From: Parcubacteria bacterium C7867-005
GTDB taxonomy: Bacteria > Patescibacteriota > Minisyncoccia > Phycocordibacterales > Zambryskibacteraceae
DNA: 64,000 nucleotides
Assembly (NCBI GenBank): GCA_001189165.1
Contig: LFCO01000001.1
Location: 84,321 to 148,320, forward strand
Direction: 5' to 3'
The translations under genes and the position numbers were made by a program. Positions 56,528 through 64,000 of the stretch are shown here, one piece after another. The stretch's first letter is position 1. Each line of letters starts with the position of its first letter. Below the pieces are notes generated by a model. That model saw only the letters and a list, made by a program, of their open reading frames with translations. It ran no database searches and was not told the DNA's origin.

Positions 56528-57099
56528 GAGGTCATTTCAGTAGGTTCATCTCCACTATCTTCACTGGTTTTAGCAAATGATTCAAGCTTGGAAAAAGCTG
56601 TTTCAAACTCAGGCAAATCCTCCACCCTCTTAACTCCGAGAAATCTTAACAGTTCTATAGTTGGTTTGTAACTAAAACTTCTTTCGCCCTTTTCGCTTTC
56701 ACTTCTCTCCACCAAGCCCCTTATCAATAAATTTCTTATGATAAATCCAGAATTCACCCCTCTTATGTAATCAATCTCCTTGCGAGATATTGGTCCTTTG
56801 TAAAGAATTATGGAAAGTGTCTCGAGCCCTGCCCTACCCAGATCCCTAGAGAACTCCTCTTTTTGGAGTTTTTCTATAACAGATGATGCATTTGGGCTAG
56901 TGCCAAAAGTTACTTTCTCTCCATCAGAGACTAGTACTATTCCCCTGTCGCCATAGAATTTTTGTAGTGACAGAACCGCGGATCTGACATCATCCGGATT
57001 TTCCTCAGTAGATTTTGAAAGTTCGGTGATAGTTATCGGTTCGTTTTTGAAGAACAGTATCGCTTCTATGAGTGATTCAAGTTTAGTGTCTTTAGGCAT
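56524..57099 (-). CDS. scpB: segregation and condensation protein B
   Basis: LIEAILFFKNEPITITEL and a second winged helix with LETLSIILYKGPISRKEIDYIRGV. Confidence 0.8.
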   Translation of the reverse strand: MPKDTKLESLIEAILFFKNEPITITELSKSTEENPDDVRSAVLSLQKFYGDRGIVLVSDGEKVTFGTSPNASSVIEKLQKEEFSRDLGRAGLETLSIILYKGPISRKEIDYIRGVNSGFIIRNLLIRGLVERSESEKGERSFSYKPTIELLRFLGVKRVEDLPEFETAFSKLESFAKTSEDSGDEPTEMTS

Positions 57100-57844
57100 A
57101 ATGCGGAATTCCTACATTTTCTGTTTCCATCTCTATATCGCCTCCGGCTTCTTGTGTGACCCTTATGGCCCCTCGCTTTACGAGTTCCAGCATAGCAAGA
57201 AAACCGACTATTATCATCACTTTGTTTTCGTGTGTTAGCGCACCCCTTTTCATATTAGATTTGTAGAAATCAGTGAAATTCATTTTGATACCTCTTGATA
57301 TTCTTTCTGCAAGTTTCTCTATGGTTTCCTCCAGACTAATCATTTTCCTTATGACTGTTTTGGGTAGATTCTCTTTTTTCGGTAGCGATTCGAGCACTCT
57401 GTTCAGTGCAGAAAGGAGATATGTTTGGTTTGTCTTGGAATCCGGTGAGAAAACCACAACCGCCTCCTTGGATGGAGTTTTTTCAAAAATTATGTTTTTA
57501 CCAAATAATTTTTTGATATTTATGGAGAGTTCTTTTACACGCGCATAAATGACAAGACGCCTTTCCAAATCTTCGATTGAAGCTTCCTCTTCTTCAGACA
57601 ATTCGAGCATTGGGAGTAGTGATCTGGATTTAACCAGCATAAGCGTAGACGCGATCACTATGAATTCAGCACTCTCCCCTATGGGGAATTTTTCATGCGA
57701 CTCGATATATTTGATAAAATCGTCAGTCACCTCAGAAAGTGATACGTCGTTTACAAAAAGCTTTCTTTTTTCTACTAGGTCAAGGAGGAGGTCCAGGGGC
57801 CCTTCGAAGACACCCGTCTTTACTTTGTAGTTGAATCTGTCCAT
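57092..57844 (-). CDS. scpA: segregation and condensation protein A
   Basis: FEGPLDLLLDLVEKRKLFVNDVSLSEVTDDFIKYI. Confidence 0.8.
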   Translation of the reverse strand: MDRFNYKVKTGVFEGPLDLLLDLVEKRKLFVNDVSLSEVTDDFIKYIESHEKFPIGESAEFIVIASTLMLVKSRSLLPMLELSEEEEASIEDLERRLVIYARVKELSINIKKLFGKNIIFEKTPSKEAVVVFSPDSKTNQTYLLSALNRVLESLPKKENLPKTVIRKMISLEETIEKLAERISRGIKMNFTDFYKSNMKRGALTHENKVMIIVGFLAMLELVKRGAIRVTQEAGGDIEMETENVGIPHYA

Positions 57845-57938
57845 TTACGGCCAATTATAGCCTTTTAAGCCTAGTTTTGGAAGAAAACTATTTGATTTCA
57901 GAAGGCTGTACCCTAAGTCAGGTTGGTGGGGCTAGGAG

Positions 57939-60164
57939 CTAGTTTGCCTTCAAAGGCACCGCGAGCATAGTCCAGCTTCTTGTTGATCCCCAACTCCAAG
58001 ACATGCTTGATGCATTTGGTTTGCTTGAGCCTCCACCGATAACTCCATCACCCAGCCATGTTGTTGTGTTTGTGCGGACATTCCATCTTTCTGATTGAGT
58101 TGTGCTTGCAGTAGGAGTTCCATAAGTGAGTGAGTCACTTTCTCTTGAGAAGACATCAAAAACTAAATCATTTGTTGAGGTTACTATTTCTCCTAGTGAC
58201 GCAGTGTTACCTCTGCCGTTACTAATGAGCATCTGGCCAAATGGAGTTGTTTGATTAACACCAAAATATGAAGCTGATCCCGCTACAAATTTCATGGTTC
58301 CCGTCCATGTAAAGGTAACGCTACCCGTGCCTGTTGGCGGATTTATCAAGTACCACAGTTGTGTTTGTGTCATCACATTACCGTTTGAGAGATACGAAGA
58401 TGTTCCAAGATGGGTTAGATTAAGTCCGTTGTACGTCACTGAAGTTACTTGTCTGTTGGGATTTACGATGCCGGTAGAGACTCCAACCAAGAGGATTCTG
58501 TCTGCCCCTGTCCCTATAGTATGGCTCCAGGTTAAGGTTGTTAGATTTGAATTTCCAGGTACTGAAGTAGAGTTTGATGAGTCGAAGACGATATTTCCAC
58601 TCGAAGGAGGTGGTAGAGGAGCAGCAACACTGAATGTTATTGAATAGTCAGATGTGTTTTCGTTGTTTGATGCATCGAGGCATCGAACATAGTAATTGTA
58701 GCTTTGGCCATCAACTAATCCGATAATTGGTTGTGAGTGATCCAGGTTTCCTGTTGTTAGGAAAGTGTTTGTCATTGAACCATAAGGAGTGTTTGGTGTA
58801 GTGGAGTATCTGCAGGTAGCATTTTCGCTTGTCATCAGACTGATTGTTGTTTGCCTGGTTCCTGCATCAAATATTCCCGAAGGAAATCCACCACTTCTTG
58901 TAGGAGCTGTGGTGTCTGGAATTGTGTTATCGACAATTACATTAATTGTAAATTCCTGTGTGTTCCCTGCCATGTCTCTGGCGGTAGCAGAGACAACATG
59001 TGCTCCAAATGTTGCTGTTGTTGTATTCCAAGATATAGAGTATGGCAAACTCGTGTCTTCAGCGTCGAGGTTATTTCCGTCTAATTTGAATTGAACTCCA
59101 GCAACACTCCTATCATCTGTTGCGGTCGCATTTATGCTTATTGTCCCAGAGACATTTGAATCGTTTGAAGGACTGACTATAGAGACAGTTGGTGAAGTTG
59201 TATCAGGGGCTTGGTTCATCTGCCATCCTGTAAGCCTGGCTAACATCCACCAAAACGCCCTTGCTTTGAGATTACAATTTAGTGGGTCTGAGTGAGCACA
59301 TACGGCAACATTCGGTGCTGCTCTAAAGGCGCAAAGATCATTCACTTCTTCAGGATGTGAATCGCACCATTCAACGGCCCAATAAGTTTCCTCGTCCCAT
59401 AGACTTCCTGACCCGTCGCTGTCATAACGGGTGCTATCTCTTGAGAGTCTTGTCATATACTCACCTCCTGATGGGTCGTAGCTTTCTATGTCTGCATAAT
59501 CGTAAAGTATTCTGTCTGTCCCACGGACGAAATTTCTTATCTGTTCATTTCTTTGGTTTGCATTCCCATTCTCCCCCGTGCCTGATAGGGTGATTGTCAT
59601 ATAGACAAATTTGACATCCGGATAGTCAGTTTCTAGCTGTGACATCAGATTAAGGTATGTGTTGATGTCAGCTTCTGTAGAACTTTCTCCGTGACCACTC
59701 CATGCCCACATAACGACATTTCTATTGTTGTTTGGGTCGTCTAGGTGTCGTCTGGTTGCGTAATACCATGCTGTCCTATCGGGGTTAGCTAGGTTGTTTG
59801 CTTCTGGCCATGTCCGCATACTCCATAGTGACAGGACTCCAGCTGGTAGTTGGGAGCGATAATCATCACAGTACTGGTAGATGTCGTTTCCTGGGTTGTA
59901 ACCACTACATTCAATAGCCATTTCTATGGTTTGGCCCTGGAGCATGTTTGTACCAGTTATAAGCTGGCCACCATGAGAAGAGTGCCCGTAGTCTATTCTA
60001 AAGCTATTTTTTGCTTGTTGTATTACAGAATCGGGTATATTTTCAAAATCAGTAATAGATGTATGGTCAGCTATAAGGGCAGAGGCAGAATTAGGAATAA
60101 GTGTTAGGCACAACAACAGAAATAAACCAGACACAACATTTGAAATGTTCGTACTTTTTTGCAT
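57939..60164 (-). CDS. large secreted multidomain protein: N-terminal putative hydrolase-like domain plus Ig-like/FN3-like repeats and C-terminal beta-sandwich
   Basis: Signal peptide; Big-like segment PTVSIVSPSNDSNVSGTISINATATDDRSVAGVQFKLDG; FN3-like segment; 741 aa; backbone GC. Confidence 0.4.
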   Translation of the reverse strand: MQKSTNISNVVSGLFLLLCLTLIPNSASALIADHTSITDFENIPDSVIQQAKNSFRIDYGHSSHGGQLITGTNMLQGQTIEMAIECSGYNPGNDIYQYCDDYRSQLPAGVLSLWSMRTWPEANNLANPDRTAWYYATRRHLDDPNNNRNVVMWAWSGHGESSTEADINTYLNLMSQLETDYPDVKFVYMTITLSGTGENGNANQRNEQIRNFVRGTDRILYDYADIESYDPSGGEYMTRLSRDSTRYDSDGSGSLWDEETYWAVEWCDSHPEEVNDLCAFRAAPNVAVCAHSDPLNCNLKARAFWWMLARLTGWQMNQAPDTTSPTVSIVSPSNDSNVSGTISINATATDDRSVAGVQFKLDGNNLDAEDTSLPYSISWNTTTATFGAHVVSATARDMAGNTQEFTINVIVDNTIPDTTAPTRSGGFPSGIFDAGTRQTTISLMTSENATCRYSTTPNTPYGSMTNTFLTTGNLDHSQPIIGLVDGQSYNYYVRCLDASNNENTSDYSITFSVAAPLPPPSSGNIVFDSSNSTSVPGNSNLTTLTWSHTIGTGADRILLVGVSTGIVNPNRQVTSVTYNGLNLTHLGTSSYLSNGNVMTQTQLWYLINPPTGTGSVTFTWTGTMKFVAGSASYFGVNQTTPFGQMLISNGRGNTASLGEIVTSTNDLVFDVFSRESDSLTYGTPTASTTQSERWNVRTNTTTWLGDGVIGGGSSKPNASSMSWSWGSTRSWTMLAVPLKAN

Positions 60165-60263
60165 TATCTAAGTTAATACTCAATGTCTAGGCCTGTCAAC
60201 AAAACCTAAATTGAGCTATATAGGCATAAATATGTCAATTTTAAACACATTATAAAAGAATGA

Positions 60264-60291
60264 GGGCCCCGACACGCGAGTGTCGGGGCCC
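60264..60291. terminator. hairpin gggccccgacac-gcgag-tgtcggggccc downstream of the high-GC lipoprotein gene
   Basis: 11-bp GC stem sharing ggccccgacac with the 8940 terminator. Loop and flanks cacgcgagtg are shared with the 27660 hairpin. Confidence 0.5.
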
Positions 60292-60315
60292 TGTTAGTTC
60301 ATGGCTGACTGCCTA

Positions 60316-60768
60316 TCAGCCCTTGCCACCTTCGAACGGAACGATGATGACCTTGACGCTATCCTTCTGGGTCGGATCGATCCGCGATCGGAAGTGGAAC
60401 CAGCTGATTCCGATCTGACCCTCCGGGGTGAGCTCCCAGACCTCATAGTGGGTCACCGACTCCTTGTAGCCGTTGCCGATCGGGGTGACGTTCGTGTAGT
60501 TCCCCTCGGACCGCTTCATCGCCGACACGAAATCGTCGTTCGTCCTGACCATGATCACGTCGGCGTCATCCGTCGAGTTCCGCCCGATGACGGTACTCTG
60601 GATGAAGACGTACCCGTTCGTATTCACGGGCATGATCAGGGCAGGTTCGCCCGCCGAGACCGCGACTGCGATCCGCTCCTTCGGCTCTGTCGGGCTGTCA
60701 CCGCAGGCCGTGGTGGCCATGGTGACAGCAGCGAGCAAGATCACGGGCAACAAACGCAAGTACTTCAT
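60316..60768 (-). CDS. small lipoprotein (hypothetical), high GC
   Basis: MKYLRLLPVILLAAVTMATTAC has a signal peptide plus lipobox. 150 aa, GC about 60%. Confidence 0.5.
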   Translation of the reverse strand: MKYLRLLPVILLAAVTMATTACGDSPTEPKERIAVAVSAGEPALIMPVNTNGYVFIQSTVIGRNSTDDADVIMVRTNDDFVSAMKRSEGNYTNVTPIGNGYKESVTHYEVWELTPEGQIGISWFHFRSRIDPTQKDSVKVIIVPFEGGKG

Positions 60769-60851
60769 GTCAGAGCCTCCAGGCTCACGGGGTGGGTGTA
60801 CTGCGGCACTTCTACCTGAACACTAGCATATTATACCACTAATGTCAAGTA

Positions 60852-62264
60852 CTACTTTGTGTGCTTAATATGGAGTTCGTTTAATTGTTTTTCAGAGACT
60901 TCTGACGGAGAGTCCATCATCGGGTCTTTGCCTTCGCCAGTTTTAGGAAACGCGATCACTTCGCGGATATTCGGTTCACCCTGTAGAAGCATCACTAATC
61001 GGTCGAAGCCCCATGCGATACCACCGTGTGGTGGTGTTCCAGAAGCAAATGCCTTGAGCATGTGACCAAAGTTCCCTTCTATCTGTTCATCTTTGTAACC
61101 TAAAATATTGAATACAGAACGAAGTGCCTCTGGCTCATGATTTCTAATACTGCCACCACCGATTTCAAAGCCATTCAATGTGATGTCGTATTGAGCAGCG
61201 ACTATCTTGTCTATGTTTTCTTGATTTTTGACCCAGTCTCTATGTTCGGGTATAGATGCAGAAAATGGATTATGAGTGAATGTCCACGCACCACCGGTCT
61301 CATTGTGATCTGCGGTTTTAGTGCTCTCAAAGAAAGGAAAATCTATGACCCAACAAAATGCGAGCAGGTTTGGGTCTTCCTTATTCTCCCTGACGTCTGG
61401 CCTATCGTTACCATATTTTTCCATCGCATCCTTATAAGAGATTCTAGGGAATGGTACCTGCTGTATTCTTTTTTCAGGGTAAAGCTTAGTAACTACTTCG
61501 ATAAGTAGTTTTTCGTTTAGATTCATCACATCTTCCTGTGTGACAAAACTCATCTCTAAATCGAGCTGGGTAAATTCAGGTTGACGATCCCCTCTTGTAT
61601 CCTCGTCCCTCATACATCTGGCTATCTGGAAATACCTCTCGAGTCCAGCGGTCATCAGTAGCTGTTTGTATTGCTGCGGTGATTGTGGAAGTGCATAAAA
61701 TTTACCTGGATAGAGTCTAGACGGGACGATATAGTCCCTGGCTCCTTCTGGGGTTGATTTGGTCAACAAAGGTGTTTCTATTTCAATAAAATTTTCTTTA
61801 TCCAAGAAATCCCTTACGAGTTTGGCGACCCTGTGTCTCATCAAGAGATTTTTTTGTAATCTTGGTCTGCGTAGGTCTAGGTATCTATAGGTTAAACGGC
61901 TCTCCTCGTTTATCTCCTTACCATCTCCACCTACGTCAAAGGCCGGTGTCTCTGCTCTATTCAATACATTTATAGAAAGTACCTCTAGCTCGATGTCTCC
62001 GTTAGCTTCGCCAATCTTTTTGTTTTTTTCTGGACGTTCGTTTGCTTTGCCAGTAATTTCCACTACCCATTCAGGTCTGACTTCTTTGGCTACTTCGATC
62101 GCTTCAGTTTGGTTTGGTAAGACAACGCTTTGAACCTTGCCCGATACATCTCTCACATCCAAGAAGACCATCTTGCCCTGGTCTCTCCTGATGTCTATCC
62201 AGCCAGAGACACTAACTTCTGTGCCTTTGAGTTCGCTTAAATCCTTTATGTAAGTTCGCTTCAT
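60852..62264 (-). CDS. aspS: aspartyl-tRNA synthetase (short archaeal/non-discriminating-type)
   Basis: N-terminal OB fold; motif 2 CMRDEDTRGDRQPEFTQLDLEMSF; motif 3 GGIAWGFDRLVMLL; 470 aa. Confidence 0.8.
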   Translation of the reverse strand: MKRTYIKDLSELKGTEVSVSGWIDIRRDQGKMVFLDVRDVSGKVQSVVLPNQTEAIEVAKEVRPEWVVEITGKANERPEKNKKIGEANGDIELEVLSINVLNRAETPAFDVGGDGKEINEESRLTYRYLDLRRPRLQKNLLMRHRVAKLVRDFLDKENFIEIETPLLTKSTPEGARDYIVPSRLYPGKFYALPQSPQQYKQLLMTAGLERYFQIARCMRDEDTRGDRQPEFTQLDLEMSFVTQEDVMNLNEKLLIEVVTKLYPEKRIQQVPFPRISYKDAMEKYGNDRPDVRENKEDPNLLAFCWVIDFPFFESTKTADHNETGGAWTFTHNPFSASIPEHRDWVKNQENIDKIVAAQYDITLNGFEIGGGSIRNHEPEALRSVFNILGYKDEQIEGNFGHMLKAFASGTPPHGGIAWGFDRLVMLLQGEPNIREVIAFPKTGEGKDPMMDSPSEVSEKQLNELHIKHTK

Positions 62265-62288
62265 ATTATTTATAGTGAGCTTGTTGAA

Positions 62289-63257
62289 TTATTCGTGGTG
62301 GATTAATCCAACTTTATTCCTCACATCCATCATTTTTTCATGTACTATCTCTCTCATTTTTTTGCCCCCTTCAGATATGATCTGGTCTACTTCGTCTGGT
62401 TTAGCTTCCCATTCGGCTCTTCGCTCACGAAATGGAGTGATGAAAGCTATCAAGTCTTTGGCCAGCGCATCTTTCAGGTCTTTGTACTTACCTTTTCTCT
62501 CTGCATAAAGGTCTTTTAGTTCTTCGGCTGATTTTATGAGGTTGTGTATAGCATAAACATTTTCTGGGGTATCGCTCCCAGAATCAGTGACGATAGACAT
62601 AACCTTCTTTTTAATCTCACTATCCTCATCAAATAAACCAATGTAGTTGTTGTAGCTCTTGCTCATTTTCTGACCATCTGTGCCAGGCACGGTTTCTACC
62701 GTTTTGATCACAAGCTCCTGTGGCTCTTTGAAAGTTTCTCCAAAGATGTTGTTGAAGTCGCGGGCCACTTCTCTGGTGATCTCTACATGCTGGATTTGAT
62801 CTTTGCCCACAGGCACGACATCGGCATCGGGTGCCAGTATGTCAGCCGCCATAAGTAGTGGATAGTTAAAGGTACCGACGTTTAGATCTTTGTTTTTTGC
62901 TTCAGCATCTTTGAATGCGTGCGCACGCATGAGTTCTGGCATAGTTGTAAGGCAGGAAAAAATCCAAGCAAGTTCTGTGACATGCGGTACATCTGACTGG
63001 TAGTAGAGAGTGGTCCGCTCTGGATCTATGCCTATCCCCAGAAAGTCGAGGATTACTTCCTTGCTGTTTCGCTCCATCTCTCCTTTGTCCTGGAGGGTAG
63101 TCAGGGCATGTAGGTTAGCCACAAAAATCCTTGATTCATAGGAGTCTTGTAGGTCTACGAACTGCTTCATCGCCCCAAAGTAGTTGCCTATATGTGGCCT
63201 ACCAGTTGGTTTGACCCCTGATACGAGTATTTTTTTGTCAGCCATTGTAGGCATCAT
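62289..63257 (-). CDS. trpS: tryptophanyl-tRNA synthetase
   Basis: SGVKPTGRPHIGNYFGAM (HIGH region) and KMSKS. Confidence 0.9.
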   Translation of the reverse strand: MMPTMADKKILVSGVKPTGRPHIGNYFGAMKQFVDLQDSYESRIFVANLHALTTLQDKGEMERNSKEVILDFLGIGIDPERTTLYYQSDVPHVTELAWIFSCLTTMPELMRAHAFKDAEAKNKDLNVGTFNYPLLMAADILAPDADVVPVGKDQIQHVEITREVARDFNNIFGETFKEPQELVIKTVETVPGTDGQKMSKSYNNYIGLFDEDSEIKKKVMSIVTDSGSDTPENVYAIHNLIKSAEELKDLYAERKGKYKDLKDALAKDLIAFITPFRERRAEWEAKPDEVDQIISEGGKKMREIVHEKMMDVRNKVGLIHHE

Positions 63258-63290
63258 TCTATCAATAAAATAAGCCTATTTCAAAGAAAT

Positions 63291-64000
63291 TTATTTGTTC
63301 GCAGGGAATTCTATATAGAATGTTGAGCCCTTGTCCTTTCCTTCTGATTCTGCCCAGGTTCGTCCTCCATGTGCCTCTACTACACCCTTCACAAACACCA
63401 ATCCGTAGCCGGTGCTGTTAATGTTGACCTTCAAAGAATCTTTGCCTCTACCACCCCTGGTAAATAGTTTTTTCATATCCTCTGGAGTAATGCCCATGCC
63501 CGTATCCGTTATCGTCAAGAGCATCTTTTTCTCTTTGTGAGTTAAATGTACTTTCAGACCACCTTTTGGTGTATATCTGATCGAGTTATCAATGAGGTTT
63601 CTTATTGCTTCTCTAAGCTGCACCCCGTCACCGATCATCCTATAATCACCCTCGTCTATAGTCACCTCCAAAGAAAGGCCAGCGCTGTCAGCTTTTTCTT
63701 TTTGCTTAGTCGCTGTTTCTGTCACTATCGCGCCGATTTCTATTGGATTCTTGGCATAAACCAATTTACCTGTTTCTGCACTTGAGCCATTCAAAACTTG
63801 CTGAACAAATCCTACACCTTCGGTCAAAGACTCTAATCCCTCCTTGATCATGGGTTTAGCCGATTCGTTTATTGGGCCGTATGATGGTTCCTCGAGAAGC
63901 TCTGCAAAAATATTCCTTGATTTGGATAGGTAGCTCTTGATCTGGTGATTCATGATGTGAATTAGGTTTGCCTGTCCATCATTTGCTACTTGTAAATGCT
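63291..64000 (-). CDS. sensor histidine kinase (HATPase_c end; 5' part runs off the window)
   Basis: N, G1 and G2 boxes (LIDNSIRYT, TDTGMGI, GYGLVFVKGVVEAHGG). The reading frame stays open beyond 64000. Confidence 0.7.
   Translation of the reverse strand, partial: HLQVANDGQANLIHIMNHQIKSYLSKSRNIFAELLEEPSYGPINESAKPMIKEGLESLTEGVGFVQQVLNGSSAETGKLVYAKNPIEIGAIVTETATKQKEKADSAGLSLEVTIDEGDYRMIGDGVQLREAIRNLIDNSIRYTPKGGLKVHLTHKEKKMLLTITDTGMGITPEDMKKLFTRGGRGKDSLKVNINSTGYGLVFVKGVVEAHGGRTWAESEGKDKGSTFYIEFPANK

Noticed and set aside
1-64000. CRISPR arrays, IS elements, integrases, phage structural genes
   Set aside because: No regularly spaced direct repeats and no transposase, integrase or phage-like ORFs were found on either strand. 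The only repeats are the palindromic and hairpin families reported above.

Overview
This 64 kb window reads as a gene-dense, roughly 40% GC chromosome segment with Patescibacteria/CPR-like gene content. The backbone carries cell-envelope and housekeeping genes: mreB-mreC-mreD-mrdA, mraZ-rsmH-ftsL-ftsI-murF, and mraY-ftsW-murG on the opposite strand. It also carries six aminoacyl-tRNA synthetases (proS, lysS, cysS, gltX, aspS, trpS) and lexA, dinB, recR, dnaB, frr, rseP, greA, rplU, rpmA, rplI, scpAB and a tRNA-Glu. At least eight short high-GC stretches (about 60% GC) of one to three genes are embedded in this backbone. They encode secreted, membrane or unknown proteins and no mobility genes. 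They have backbone-style extended -10 promoters (TGcTAGTAT) and GC-rich hairpin terminators. They are either horizontally acquired cargo or assembly chimeras. Other notable items are a Gram-positive-type LexA box (GAAC-N4-GTTC) inside a promoter upstream of lexA, MraZ-box-like GTGGGA repeats upstream of mraZ, and a 23-nt palindromic repeat family. There are several unusual proteins: a peptidoglycan-binding domain fused to acidic tandem repeats, a histone-H1-tail plus SWIB protein, a membrane protein with an Ada-like zinc domain, and an orphan VirD4/TraD-like ATPase next to the tRNA-Glu. No CRISPR array, transposase or integrase was found. Functional calls rest on recalled family motifs only; no database search was possible.
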